Shown here in pieces: positions 1-23,388 of a stretch of DNA of 64,000 nt. The stretch's first letter is position 1. Every line of letters starts with the position of its first letter. Under the pieces are notes generated by a model, which was not told the DNA's origin, made no database searches, and worked only from the letters and a program-made list of their open reading frames with translations. Source of the stretch: Eimeria praecox (taxonomy: Eukaryota); the NCBI GenBank assembly GCA_963920595.1, contig OY986949.1:1488001-1552000 (forward strand). Reading direction: 5' to 3'. The translations under genes were made by a program, and so were the position numbers.

Positions 1-3000
1 CTCCTTCTATCTGTCTCCTTATCTGTCTCCTTATCTGTCTCCTTCTATCTGTCTCTTTCTATCTGCCTCCTATCTGTCTCTGTCTCCTTCTATCTGTCTC
101 TTTCTGTCTGCCTCCTTCTATCTCTGTCTATCTCTATCTGTCTCCTTCTATCTCTATCTGTCTCCTTCTGTCTCTATCTGTCTCCTTCTATCTCTATCTG
201 TCTCCTTCTATCTCTATCTGTCTCCTTCTATCTCTGTCTGTCTCCTCCTATCTCTATCTGTCTCCTTCTATCTCTATCTGTCTCCTCCTATCTCTATCTG
301 TCTCCTCCTATCTCTATCTGTCTCCTTCTATCTCTGTCTGTCTCCTCCTATCTCTATCTGTCTCCTTCTATCTCTATCTGTCTCCTCCTATCTCTATCTG
401 TCTCCTCCTATCTCTATCTGTCTCCTTCTATCTCTGTCTGTCTCCTCCTATCTCTATCTGTCTCCTTCTATCTCTATCTGTCTCCTCCTATCTCTATCTG
501 TCTCCTCCTATCTCTATCTGTCTCCTTCTATCTCTGTCTGTCTCCTCCTATCTCTATCTGTCTCCTCCTATCTCTATCTGTCTCCTTCTATCTCTATCTG
601 TCTCCTCCTATCTCTATCTGTCTCCTCCTATCTCTATCTGTCTCCTTCTATCTCTGTCTGTCTCCTCCTATCTCTATCTGTCTCCTTCTATCTCTATCTG
701 TCTCCTCCTATCTCTATCTGTCTCCTTCTATCTCTGTCTGTCTCCTTCTATCCCTATCTGTCTCCTCCTATCTCTGTCTGTCTCCTCCTATCTCTATCTG
801 TCTCCTCCTATCTCTATCTGTCTCCTTCTATCTCTATCTGTCTCCTTCTATCTCTGTCTGTCTCCTCCTATCTCTATCTGTCTCCTTCTATCTCTGTCTG
901 TCTCCTCCTATCTCTATCTGTCTCCTCCTATCTCTATCTGTCTCCTTCTATCTCTATCTGTCTCCTCCTATCTCTATCTGTCTCCTTCTATCTCTGTCTG
1001 TCTCCTCCTATCTCTATCTGTCTCCTTCTATCTCTATCTGTCTCCTTCTATCTCTGTCTGTCTCCTCCTATCTCTATCTGTCTCCTTCTATCTCTATCTG
1101 TCTCCTCCTATCTCTATCTGTCTCCTTCTATCTCTATCTGTCTCCTTCTATCTCTATCTGTCTCCTTCTATCTCTATCTGTCTCCTTCTATCTCTGTCTG
1201 TCTCCTCCTATCTCTATCTGTCTCCTTCTATCTCTATCTGTCTCCTTCTGTCTCTATCTGTCTCCTTCTATCTCTATCTGTCTCCTTCTATCTCTATCTG
1301 TCTCCTTCTATCTCTGTCTGTCTCCTTCTATCTCTATCTGTCTCCTTCTGTCTCTATCTGTCTCCTTCTATCTCTATCTGTCTCCTTCTATCTCTATCTG
1401 TCTCCTTCTATCTCTGTCTGTCTCCTCCTATCTCTATCTGTCTCCTTCTATCTCTATCTGTCTCCTTCTATCTCTGTCTGTCTCCTCCTATCTCTATCTG
1501 TCTCCTTCTATCTCTATCTGTCTCCTTCTGTCTCTATCTGTCTCCTTCTATCTCTATCTGTCTCCTTCTATCTCTATCTGTCTCCTTCTATCTCTGTCTG
1601 TCTCCTTCTATCTCTATCTGTCTCCTTCTGTCTCTATCTGTCTCCTTCTATCTCTATCTGTCTCCTTCTATCTCTATCTGTCTCCTTCTATCTCTGTCTG
1701 TCTCCTTCTATCTCTATCTGTCTCCTTCTATCTCTATCTGTCTCCTTCTATCTCTATCTGTCTCCTTCTATCTCTATCTGTCTCCTTCTATCTCTATCTG
1801 TCTCCTTCTGTCTCTATCTGTCTCCTTCTATCTCTATCTGTCTCCTTCTATCTCTATCTGTCTCCTTCTATCTCCTTCTATCTCTGTCTATCTCTATCTG
1901 TCTCCTTCTATCTCTATCTGTCTCCTTCTGTCTCTATCTGTCTCCTTCTATCTCTATCTGTCTCCTTCTATCTCTATCTGTCTCCTTCTATCTCTGTCTG
2001 TCTCCTCCTATCTCTATCTGTCTCCTTCTATCTCTATCTGTCTCCTTCTATCTCTATCTGTCTCCTTCTATCTCTATCTGTCTCCTTCTATCTCTGTCTG
2101 TCTCCTCCTATCTCTATCTGTCTCCTTCTATCTCTATCTGTCTCCTTCTGTCTCTATCTGTCTCCTTCTATCTCTATCTGTCTCCTTCTATCTCTATCTG
2201 TCTCCTTCTATCTCTGTCTGTCTCCTTCTATCTCTATCTGTCTCCTTCTGTCTCTATCTGTCTCCTTCTATCTCTATCTGTCTCCTTCTATCTCTATCTG
2301 TCTCCTTCTATCTCTGTCTGTCTCCTTCTATCTCTATCTGTCTCCTTCTGTCTCTATCTGTCTCCTTCTGTCTCTATCTGTCTCCTTCTATCTCTATCTG
2401 TCTCCTTCTATCTCTATCTGTCTCCTTCTATCTCTGTCTGTCTCCTCCTATCTCTATCTGTCTCCTTCTATCTCTATCTGTCTCCTTCTGTCTCTATCTG
2501 TCTCCTTCTATCTCTATCTGTCTCCTTCTATCTCTATCTGTCTCCTTCTATCTCTGTCTGTCTCCTTCTATCTCTATCTGTCTCCTTCTGTCTCTATCTG
2601 TCTCCTTCTATCTCTATCTGTCTCCTTCTATCTCTATCTGTCTCCTTCTATCTCTGTCTGTCTCCTCCTATCTCTATCTGTCTCCTTCTATCTCTATCTG
2701 TCTCCTTCTATCTCTATCTGTCTCCTTCTATCTCTGTCTGTCTCCTTCTATCTCTATCTGTCTCCTTCTGTCTCTATCTGTCTCCTTCTATCTCTATCTG
2801 TCTCCTTCTATCTCTATCTGTCTCCTTCTATCTCTGTCTGTCTCCTCCTATCTCTATCTGTCTCCTTCTATCTCTATCTGTCTCCTTCTATCTCTATCTG
2901 TCTCCTTCTATCTCTGTCTGTCTCCTCCTATCTCTATCTGTCTCCTTCTATCTCTATCTGTCTCCTCCTATCTCTATCTGTCTCCTTCTATCTCTGTCTG

Positions 3001-3730
3001 TCTCCTCCTATCTCTATCTGTCTCCTTCTATCTCTATCTGTCTCCTTCTATCTCTGTCTGTCTCCTCCTATCTCTATCTGTCTCCTCCTATCTCTATCTG
3101 TCTCCTTCTATCTCTATCTGTCTCCTTCTATCTCTATCTGTCTCCTTCTATCTCTGTCTGTCTCCTCCTATCTCTATCTGTCTCCTCCTATCTCTATCTG
3201 TCTCGTTCTATCTCTATCTGTCTCCTTCTATCTCTATCTGTCTCCTTCTATCTCTGTCTGTCTCCTTCTATCTCTATCTGTCTCCTTCTGTCTCTATCTG
3301 TCTCCTTCTATCTCTATCTGTCTCCTTCTATCTCTATCTGTCTCCTTCTATCTCTATCTGTCTCCTTCTATCTCTATCTGTCTCCTTCTGTCTCTATCTG
3401 TCTCCTTCTATCTCTATCTGTCTCCTTCTATCTCTGTCTGTCTCCTTCTATCCCTATCTGTCTCCTTCTGTCTCTATCTGTCTCCTTCTATCTCTATCTG
3501 TCTCCTTCTATCTCTGTCTGTCTCCTTCTATCTCTATCTGTCTCCTTCTGTCTCTATCTGTCTCCTTCTATCTCTATCTGTCTCCTTCTATCTCTGTCTG
3601 TCTCCTTCTATCCCTATCTGTCTCCTTCTGTCTCTATCTGTCTCCTTCTATCTCTATCTGTCTCCTTCTATCTCTGTCTGTCTCCTTCTATCCCTATCTG
3701 TCTCCTCCTATCTCTGTCTGTCTCCTTCTG
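1..3730. repeat. ~3.7 kb 20-bp minisatellite (TCTCCTTCTATCTCTATCTG and single-base variants), probably intronic
   Basis: Near-perfect 20-bp periodicity from ~131 to ~3730. It begins just past a minus-strand GT donor at 3757. Confidence 0.97.
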
Positions 3731-3757
3731 TCTCTTTCTCTATAAATAATTATTTAC

Positions 3758-5725
3758 TTCTTTCTGCACGGTGTAGTCGGCTCTTTCAGGCGCAGGTCGA
3801 TGTCTGTACACCCACACAAACCCTAAACCCTAAACCCTAAACCCTAAACCCTAAACCTTAAAACCCTAAACCCTAAAACCCTAAACCCGTAGCCCCGAAT
3901 GCTAGTCCGTCGAACCTGAAGCCTGCCCTTCACACTTAAACCCTAAACCCTAAAGCACCTAAACCCTAAACCCTCCCCACCTAAACCCTAAACCCTAAAC
4001 CCTAAACCCTAAACCCTAAACCCTACCCCCCCGATTTCTTACATTGTCTTGGACTGGAACAGCCAGGCAATGATTGTGGGGTCGCCATGCTTCATCTACA
4101 ACAAATAAACAAGAGACAAACCCTCAGGTGTATATACACCTCGAGGAGACACACAAAAACTATCTGTCTCCTTCATATGTGGGGCCCTGCGGTGTATCGA
4201 CAGCTTCAACAGGAAGACTGATTCGCCTGTCTCCTTCTGTCTCCTTCTGTCTCCTTCTCTCTCTCTCTCTGTCTCCTGTCTCTCTCTCTGTCTCCTTCTG
4301 TCTCTGTCTCTATCTCTTTCTTTCTATCTCTCTCTTTTCTGTCTGTCTCTCTGTCTCTGTCTCTGTCTCTTAAAGCATGAGCAGTCTGTCTCTGTCTCTC
4401 TGTCTCCTCTCAGCTGCTGTCTCTGTCTCTTCTGTCTCCTCTGTCTGTCTCCTTCCCTGCTGCTAGTACAGCAGCAGCAGCAGCAGCAGCAGCTAGAACC
4501 GCAGCAGCAGCAGCAACTAGAACAGCAGCGGCAGCAGCAGCAACTAGAACAGCAGCAGCAGCAGCAAGTATAGCAGCAGCACCAGCAGCAACTAGAACAG
4601 CAGCAGCAGCAGCAAGTATAGCAGCAGCAGCAGCAGCAAGTATAGCAGCAGCAGCAGCAGCAGCAGCTATTTACAGCAGCAGCAGCAGCAGCAGCAGCAG
4701 GTGTCTGTACGGAGACAGCTCTACCCGTGGGTCTCTCTTATATAGTTGTAGGACATAATCTTGCATATCTTCTAACCTGTACACACAACACACATACCCC
4801 TAAACCCTAAACCCTAAACCCTAAACCCTAATATCTGAGGCCTCGTGTGTCTTTATATATTTGCAGCATCCCCACAAGACTCTCTCTCTCTAGGGTTTAG
4901 GTTTTGTTCTCCTTAGGGTTTAGGGTTTAGGGTTTATGGTTTAGTGTTAAATCAGCGCGTTCCTTCTTCTGTCTATCTCTTGATATATCTCCCTAGGGTT
5001 TAGGGTTTAGGGTTTAGGGTTTAGGGTTTAGTATACGTATTAAATCCTATAAACGAGGGGCCGAATCCCTCCTTCTCTAATGGAGACACATTAAATACAA
5101 CAAAGTCTTGCGCCTCTCCATATCTCCTTCCAAACAACCCCACACATCTTGCTGCTTGTAACACCGCATACACCGCAGCTGTGGGGCCCGGGGGCCCCCC
5201 AGGGGCCCCCACCTGGGGGCCCTGGGGGCCCCCACCTGGGGCCCCTGGGGCCCCTGGGGCCCCTGGGGCCCCTGGGGGCCCCCCCCCAATATGATTAGAT
5301 AGACAGAGGCTACTAAAATCTCCTAGAACATCTTCAGGATTATTTGCTCCTAACTTCCTAATTAAATGGAGACACTTGAAATCAACTGTCTCCTTCAATG
5401 CTATTTCTATATTTATTGCTGCTGTTTGCTTCTCTCCTTGCTGCAGCAAATAATCTAATAATTTATTTGTTAGCTTCTCATTCATCTCAACACAAACACA
5501 CCAACGACACACAGTCCATGTAGCTTGACTTGGTGTTAGTGGGGGGGGGGCCCCAGGGGCCCCCAGGGGCCCCCCCCAAGGGGCCCCCCCCCCTCCTCTA
5601 GGGGAGGGGCCCCCCAGGGCCCCTCGGGGGCCCCCAGGGTACCCTGGGGGCCCCCAACTAATCCTCCATCGTACAAGATGAGCCATATCCCCTATATATT
5701 TATCTGTGGGGCCGCTGCGTGCTGC

Positions 5726-5761
<36 letters not shown>

Positions 5762-6133
5762 GGAGTCTGAGAAGGTCCTAGCTCGTGTTGTAGCTTTAGC
5801 TGCTGCTGCTAGATTTGTTGCTGCTGCTGCTGCTGCAGCAGCAGCAGCAGAAGGAGCAGCAGCAGCAGCAGCAGCATTCGGAGATAATCTTTCTTTCTGT
5901 CTGCTCGCACAACAATGTCGAAAGTGTTTTAATATATCTTGAAACAGGCTGCTGCTGCTGCTCTCTCCCCCACTGTCTCCTGTCTCCTCTTCTTCTATCT
6001 GTCTCCTCTTCTCTTCTCTTCTCTCGTGGATATCTCTAATAAAGAAGGAATCTGCAGACCCCGAGACAGAGACAGAGGCACTCTCTTCGTATGCTGCAGC
6101 AGGAGCTGCTGCTCCCAGGCTAGACACAGACAT
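3758..6133 (-). CDS. Unidentified multi-exon protein, 3' end beyond the left edge; N-terminus may extend to ATG 6922
   Basis: Exons 6133-5037, 4776-4725, 4095-4043, 3915-3887 and 3803-3758 have GT/AG boundaries and consistent phases. They read ...AQDFVVFNVSPLEKEGFGPSFIGFNT-LEDMQDYVLQLYKRDPR-MKHGDPTIIAWLFQSKT-MFDGLAFGAT-DIDLRLKEPTTPCRK. No family recognised. Confidence 0.75.
3818..5030. repeat. Clusters of telomere-like (AAACCCT/TTTAGGG)n in introns of the left gene
   Basis: Heptamer arrays at ~3818-4025 and ~4798-5030, lying between the predicted exons. Confidence 0.95.
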
Positions 6134-6630
6134 CCTCCTGTTGCTGCTGCTGCTGCTGCTGTTGCTGCTGCTGGTGCTGGTGCTGGTGCTGGTGCTGCTG
6201 CTGTTGCTGCTGCTGCTGGTGCTGCTGTTGCTGCTGCTGCTGATGGTGGTGGTGGTGATGCTGCTGCTGCTGCTGCTACTGCTGCTGTTGTTGTTACTAG
6301 GGTTGCTGATGCTGTTGCTGCTGCTTTTGCTGCTGCTGCTGCAGTCGCTGCTGCTGTTGCTGCTGCTGTTGCTGCAGCTAATACTACTGCTGCTTCGGAT
6401 GCTGTTGCTGTTGCTGCTGCTTCTGTTTGTTGCTGCTGCTGCTGCTACTGCTGCTATGGCTGCTAGTGCTGCTGCTGATGCTCCTGCTGTTCAAGAGGAC
6501 CCTGCAGCTGCTGTTGTTGCTGCAGCAGCAGCTGCAGCAGCAGCTGCTGCTGCAGCTGCTGCTGCGGCGGCTGCTGAAGCGCCGATTATCGCAGCTGCTT
6601 GCTTCACCTCGTTAAGGAGGGTCCCTGATA

Positions 6631-6668
<38 letters not shown>

Positions 6669-6826
6669 CTGCTGCTCCTGTTGCTGCTGCTGGTGCTGTT
6701 GCTGCTGCTGCTGTTGCTGCTGGTGGTGGTGCTGCTGTTGTTGTTGTTGCTGCTGGTGGTGGTGCTGCTGCTGCAGAGGCTGCTGCAGGTGGGGTGGCGG
6801 CTAGTGAAGCTGCTGCTGCTGCCGCC

Positions 6827-6899
<73 letters not shown>

Positions 6900-7192
6900 C
6901 TGCGGTTTGGTGTGTCAGACACAGCAAAGAGAGGACAGTGTGTCCCCTGAGCTTGACAATTTAAACTACATATAACTTCAGGGTTTAGGGTTTAGGGTTT
7001 AGGGTTTAGGGTTCAGGGTTTAGGGTTTAGGGTTTAGGAGGATCTGGCGGCGAGCTGAGAGACACAAGGGTTTAAGAAGAGCAACTGTGAGGCTGCTGCT
7101 GCTGTTGCTGCTGTTGCTGCTGCTGCTGCGGTTGTTATTGTTATTGCTGCTGCTGCTTCAGTTGAGGAGCTGCAGCAGCAACGTGTTCTGCT

Positions 7193-7223
<31 letters not shown>

Positions 7224-7435
7224 GCAACAGCTGCCTGGACGGCTGCTACGGTGTATGTACAGCTGACAAGGAGAGTAAACAAATGTGTCTCCTACATTTA
7301 AATATAAATATTAATATTTAAAATAAATACATACAGCAGCAATACAGTTAATCCTGCTGCTGCTGCTGCTGCAGCAGCAGCAGCAGCAAATGGAGGCCCC
7401 TGTACTAAGGCACGAACGAGGCAGGGGGCCCGGTC

Positions 7436-7489
<54 letters not shown>

Positions 7490-7514
7490 GAAAACATAGT
7501 ATAAACGTTTACTA

Positions 7515-7522
7515 TGCATGCA
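7515..7522. promoter_or_regulatory. TGCATGCA palindromic octamer (representative copy, in a divergent intergenic region)
   Basis: Also at 13851, 14933, 19402, 40594, 42126 and 48660. This is a known over-represented apicomplexan motif; its function here is not demonstrated. Confidence 0.45.
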
Positions 7523-7607
7523 AGTTGCAGCAATTTTATATTTAATTGAAGAAGACAAGAAGACACAACAAAACCTGGGGGCCCCAGACCCTGGACCGGC
7601 CCGCCAG

Positions 7608-7651
<44 letters not shown>

Positions 7652-7754
7652 AGCAACAGGTGCAGCTAGTACTTCTTTACGGTGTATAGGGGGGTTATTT
7701 AGAGCTGACAGCAGCAGCAACGCAGGCAGCAGCAGAAGCTGCAGCAGCAGCAGC

Positions 7755-7793
<39 letters not shown>

Positions 7794-8009
7794 CGGCTAG
7801 ATATATATAAAGATGCCTATACACCATATCGTTGAGTAGCTGCTGCTGAGAAGGGACTGCTGCTGCTACAGCTGCAGCAGCAGCAGCAACAACAACAGCA
7901 ACAACAACAGCAACAGCAGCAGCAACAGCAGCAACAGCAGCAGCAGCAGCAGCAGGTCCAAGTAATACTGTTTACAACATCTATCAACTCCCTCCGTCTG
8001 CTGCTTGTG

Positions 8010-8510
8010 GCTGTCTCTTCCGCTGTCTCCTCCTTCAACTGTCTCCTCCTTTATCTGCTGTCTCCTCCTTTAACTGTCTCCTCTTATTTATTTGCTGTCT
8101 CCTCCTTCTTTTATTTGCTGTCTCCTCCTTCTTTTATTTGCTGTCTCCTCTTTTATTTGCTGTCTCCTCCTTCTTTTATTTGCTGTCTCCTCTATTATCT
8201 GCTGTCTCCTCTTATTTATTTGCTGTCTCCTCTATTATCTGCTGTCTCCTCTTATTTATCTGCTGTCTCCTCTTATTTATTTGCTGTCTCCTCCTTCTTT
8301 TATTTGCTGTCTCCTCTTATTTATTTGCTGTCTCCGCTTATTTATCTGCTGTCTCCTCTATTATCTGCTGTCTCCTCTATTATCTGCTGTCTCATTTATT
8401 TGCTGTCTCCTCTATTATCTGCTGTCTCCTCTTATTTATTTGCTGTCTCCTCTTATTTATTTGCTGTCTCCTCCTTGTTTTATTTTCTGTCTCCTCTTTT
8501 CTCTGTCTCC
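8010..8510. repeat. Degenerate minisatellite with TGCTGTCTCC core upstream of the TRAPP-like gene
   Basis: Repeated ~20-24 bp units such as TTATTTGCTGTCTCCTC. Confidence 0.85.
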
Positions 8511-8515
8511 TTTCG

Positions 8516-14040
<5,525 letters not shown>

Positions 14041-14094
14041 AAAGTTTGATTATTATGTATATATATATATATATAATTTATAAAGTTTGATTAT

Positions 14095-14153
<59 letters not shown>

Positions 14154-14252
14154 CTTAGAGTTTGATTTGAGGTGTCTCCGCAAGACACAAGGAAGCAGAT
14201 AATACTTCTGTAGAGAATAAAATACTATTGCTGCTGCTGTTGCTGCTGCTGT

Positions 14253-14284
<32 letters not shown>

Positions 14285-14356
14285 TTGCTGCAGCAGCAAC
14301 AGCAGCAGCAGCAGCAACAGCAGCAGCCCAGTGCGCACCTGAAGCCCTTACCCCTG

Positions 14357-14823
<467 letters not shown>

Positions 14824-14827
14824 TCAA

Positions 14828-18218
<3,391 letters not shown>

Positions 18219-18224
18219 AGGCCT

Positions 18225-18256
<32 letters not shown>

Positions 18257-18425
18257 CAGCTGCTGCTGCTGCTCTTTATCCATAAATAATATAAAGATAA
18301 AGATAAAGAGCAGCTGCTGCTGCTCTTCATCTAGCAGCAGCAGCTGTTATTCCCTCTTTGACAGTCGCTGCTGCAGCAGCAGCAGCAGCAGCAGCAGCAG
18401 TTGCTGCTGCTGCTGCTACTCCAGA

Positions 18426-18458
<33 letters not shown>

Positions 18459-18733
18459 AGTGTTTGACAGAAAAAAGTTTAAATTCTATCAGAGCTGCTG
18501 CTAAGGACAATCAAAACGTGAAGGGGGGCCAGCAGCAGCAGCAGCAGCTGCAGCTGCAGCAGCAGCAGCAGCAGCAGCAGCAGCTTCTGCTGCAGCAGTG
18601 TGTGTTTCTGTGTATGCTGCTGCAGCAGCAGCAGCAGCAGCAAAAATTAAATATTAGTTTATTTAGGGTGTTGGCCCTGCTGCTGTTTGTCTCAGCAGCC
18701 CCCCATTATCGCTCCTGTCTTTGAGGCCCTGCA

Positions 18734-18796
<63 letters not shown>

Positions 18797-18921
18797 CTAG
18801 CCAGTCTCCATGTAGTGTTAATAAGATAAACAAATAATAATAAAATTTAAATAATTTTTGCTGCTGCAAGAAGCAACGAGGCTGCAGCAACACCTGCTGC
18901 TCCGTGGGGGCCCCTGCAGCG

Positions 18922-18971
<50 letters not shown>

Positions 18972-19108
18972 GGTGGCGTCTGACTTCTGCTGCTGCTACA
19001 CATCTAAACACACACAAATAAATTTATGTTTTGGGTTTTATTGTATTTAAGCCCGCAGCAATTTTGTATTCGCTAACAACGTTGCTGCTGCTGCTGGAAG
19101 CTCTCCTG

Positions 19109-19149
<41 letters not shown>

Positions 19150-19314
19150 GCAACTGTAGCAGCTAGAACAGCAACAGCAACAGCAGCAGCAGCAGCAGCA
19201 GCGGTACCTCCGCTAAACCCTCGGATTCTGCAGCAACAGCAGCAGCAGCAACATCAGAACAAACAGGGAAGCCACAGTTGCAGCGATAGCAGCAGCCTGC
19301 TGCTGGGTTTGATG

Positions 19315-19351
<37 letters not shown>

Positions 19352-19465
19352 ACAGCAGCAACAGCAGCAGCAGCAGCATTACCAACAACACCGAAGGGAG
19401 CTGCATGCAGATGCAGCAGCAGCAGCAGCACTGTGTGCTGCTGCTTCGGTGGCAGCAGCAGCAGC

Positions 19466-19498
<33 letters not shown>

Positions 19499-19719
19499 AG
19501 ATTGCTGCAGCTGCTGCAGCAAATCTAAACCCTTAACAGAAGTCCTTATCAGCTGTAGCAGCAGCAGCTCTAGCTGCAGCAGCAGCAGCAACAACAACTC
19601 CAGCTGTTGCTGCTGCTGCTGCTGCAGCAGCAGCAGCAACTCTGAAAACAGCAGCAGCAGCAGCAGCAGCAAGTATTGCAGCAGCAGTATCACCAGCAGA
19701 CAGACAACTCCAAGACAAG

Positions 19720-19745
19720 ATGGAGGGTAACAGGGGCAGCCGCAA

Positions 19746-19810
<65 letters not shown>

Positions 19811-19925
19811 GCAGGAGGAAAGCCCTCTGCAGCCGCGCTATTCGTGTCTCTATATATTTGCTGTCGGCTATAGCAGCACATTTGTTTCTCTGCTCCTTCG
19901 AGTTGCTGCCTTTCGTCCCGTTGGT

Positions 19926-19991
<66 letters not shown>

Positions 19992-20113
19992 CAGAGTGCT
20001 CCTGCAGCAACACGAATTCTCTTCTCCTGCTGCTGCTGCTGCTGCCAGCAGCAGCAGACACGAAGGCCTCCATCATCCGCCGCTGCAGCAGAGACACAAA
20101 CAGCAGCAAAACT

Positions 20114-20147
<34 letters not shown>

Positions 20148-20614
20148 ACACCAACAGCAGCAGCAACACCAACAGCAGCACCAGCAGCAGCAGCGGAAGG
20201 AGCAGCGGCTGCGAGTTCATTCGGAGTCAAAGCCAAGTCCTCTAGCAGCAGCAGCAGCAGCAGCAGCAGATGAGGCAGCAGCATATGCAGCACCAGCAGC
20301 AGCAGCATCAGCAGCAAGCATTACAGAAGAGCTGCGTATAGCAGCAGCAGCAGCAGCAGCAGCAGCAGCTAGCGGCGGGCTATCTTCAAGAGCAGCAGGT
20401 GTAGAGAGGGACGCAGCAGCAGCAGCAGCAACACCACCAGCAGCAGCAGCAGCAGCAACACCACCACCACCAGCAGCAGCAGCAGCAGCAGCAACACCAC
20501 CACCACCAACAGCAGCAGCAGCAGCAGCATCCCCCCCATCACCCCCACCGTCCCCAACAGCATCACGAACATCAGCACCAACATCAGCAGCAGCAACATC
20601 AGCAGCAGCAGCAA

Positions 20615-20646
<32 letters not shown>

Positions 20647-20827
20647 GCAGCAGATGAAGGGTGGTTGCCTGATACATGGGTACAGTGGCCTTTGCTGCTG
20701 CAGCAGCAGCCGAGTGTATGTGTTGCTGCTGCTCTTGTCTCTCAAGCTTGTGGGGCTATCGTTGCTGCTGTTGCTGCAGACGGACCTACAGGGAGGGTGC
20801 GGGTGTTAAGACGAGCCTTGCTGCTGC

Positions 20828-20858
<31 letters not shown>

Positions 20859-21129
20859 AATGATAAGCCTCCTTATCTACACACAGTGTGCTACTAATGC
20901 TGCTGCTGCTGCTGCTGCAGCAGCAGCAGCAGCAGCAGCAGCAAATATGAAGGCAGTCGCAGGGCAGCAACTGTCTGCCGTTGCAGCAGCAACAGCAGCA
21001 GCAGCAGATACAGCAGCAGCAGCAACAGCAGCAGCAGCAACAGCAGCAAGTGATGGTTTGTGGGGTTTTGTGAAGGGACAAATTAAATCATCAGTATATT
21101 TTGCTGCGTCCTTTCCCAACGCATGCAGT

Positions 21130-21164
<35 letters not shown>

Positions 21165-21282
21165 AGCTGCTGCTGCTAGTGGGGGGATAGTAATCGCAGC
21201 TTCTTGTCTTTGTTTCGAGGAGCCGGAGATTGTAGGGGGGAAGAGAAAGACCTTCTTATCTAGAGGCTTCGTTCTTGAGGAG

Positions 21283-21341
<59 letters not shown>

Positions 21342-21468
21342 TCGTGGTCGTGGTGGTGCTGCTGCTGAAGGAGCAGCAGCAGGAGCGAGAGGTGCTCCAG
21401 CAAATGGCGATGAAGAGAACGATAAGGATGTCTCACAAAGGAGGCAGCTAGTTGCTGCTGCTGCTGCA

Positions 21469-21503
<35 letters not shown>

Positions 21504-21670
21504 GAAGGCAGCAGCAAGGGGCAGACGGCGGCGGAGACACCGTAGAGAACAGAGGAAGCAGCAGCGGGAGCGACAGCAGCGCGAGCGTATGTTGCTGCAT
21601 CAATCATGGCGTCCTTCTGCTGTTGCAGCAGACCCCACAACAACAACAGCAGCAGCAACAACAACAACAA

Positions 21671-21709
<39 letters not shown>

Positions 21710-22728
21710 GAGACAGCGGTGTTCGAGGGTCTCCCCTTCCTATACCACACTTTTCATGGGCTGCTGTGAGGGCATTTGTGTTGTTGCTAACAACAGAAGC
21801 AGCAGCAAGATTGCTGCTGCATCTGTTCTCTTTCTATTTGCTGCAGCAGAATGTGTGGGGTGGGCCCCCTGTAGTGTTTTGCTGCTGCTTGCTGCTAGCT
21901 AGCTGTCTCTCTCTGCTGTCTCTGCTGCTCTCTTGCTTCTACCTTCAAGAACATCTGTTCGTCATACAGCAGAAACTGCGGACCCTGCTGCGTATACACC
22001 AGAAAATAGCAGCAAGAGGAGACAGTCCCCTGCTGCAGCTCCAGGATCTCCTGCAGCAGCAGCAGCAGCAGCAACAGCAACAGCAGCAGCAACAGCAGCA
22101 GCAGCAGCAAAGAGAAGATATACTGCAGCACGAATTCCATCCGCATGCAGACATCAACACCAGCCACAGTCCTACAACCGCAGCAGCAGCAGCAGCTGCT
22201 GCTGCTGCTGCGGGTAGCAGCAGCAGCAGCAGCAGACAGGACTGCCGCAGCAGCAGCAGCAACATTTCGCGCCGTCAGAAGCTGTCTCCTGGTGCTGCTT
22301 TCCTCCTGTCTCCTCTAGCAGCAGCAGCAGAATGCAACAGGCCTCAAGACAGCAGCACAGAAGACGAAGACAGTGCTTTCTCTGTTGCTGCTGCAGCAGC
22401 AGCAGCACCGACTTTGCTGCTGTCTGGAGAGCTGCAGCAGCAGCAGCACACATCCCGCTGTCGTGGCCGATATGGCGTCAGCAGACGCAGCAGCAGCAGC
22501 CGCAGCAACAGCAGCAACAGCAGCAACAGCAGCAGCAACAGCAGCGGCAACAGCGACACAGACGCAAACACCTTCTCAGAAAGCAGCGCGACGAGTAGCT
22601 GCAGCAGCATCAGCAGCAGCATCGGCAGCTGCATCATCAGCAGCAGCAACACCAGCAGCAGCAGCAGCAGCAGACTGTCTGCAGCAGCACGTACATATCC
22701 GCTAGCCCTTGCTGCCTACCAGACCTAT

Positions 22729-22766
<38 letters not shown>

Positions 22767-22891
22767 GCAGAGGACGAAGGTGTCTCCTTCGGAGTTGTCG
22801 TCTCCTCGCATGCAGCCCAACTGTCTCCTGCAGCCTTTGCTGCAGCATCCATCAACCCCTGTTTCTGTTTCTGCTGCTGCAGCAGCAGAAA

Positions 22892-22927
<36 letters not shown>

Positions 22928-23353
22928 ACTATGATGAGAGAGATGCTTCCTTGGCGTCTGCTGAGCCCCTGCTATCTTCATCCTCGCAGCAGCAGCAACA
23001 GCAACAGCAGCAGCAGCAGCAACAGCAGCAACAGCAGCAACAGCAGCAGCAGCAGCAGCAGCAGCTATTAGAGCTGCTGTGGAGTAGGCTCGGAGAGGAG
23101 AAGAGTTTAAGGGCGAGTTGCCGTTGCTATCAGGCTTTGCTGCTGCAGTCGCCGCGTGCTGCTGCAGGTGTATGTATACCTGCTGCTCTAATTGCTGCTG
23201 CGGTGTATGGACGTGGGGTGTTTCGTCTGCTGCTGCTAGATGCAGCAGTAGCTGAGCAAGGCGCCACAGCAGCAGCAGCAGCAGCAGCAGCTGCTGCTGC
23301 TGCTGCTGCAGGAGCAGGAGGAGCAGCAGGAAATATCAGCATACAACAACAAC

Positions 23354-23388
<35 letters not shown>

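Noticed and set aside
6491..6493. Selenocysteine codon
   Set aside because: Low-complexity context with no redox motif, and the 3' UTR is outside the window so a SECIS cannot be assessed. Kept only as an unexplained in-frame stop.
6141..6950. Poly-Leu/Cys/Ala ORFs antisense to or overlapping real genes throughout the window
   Set aside because: CAG/CTG repeats lack stops in all frames, so overlapping ORFs are expected artefacts.
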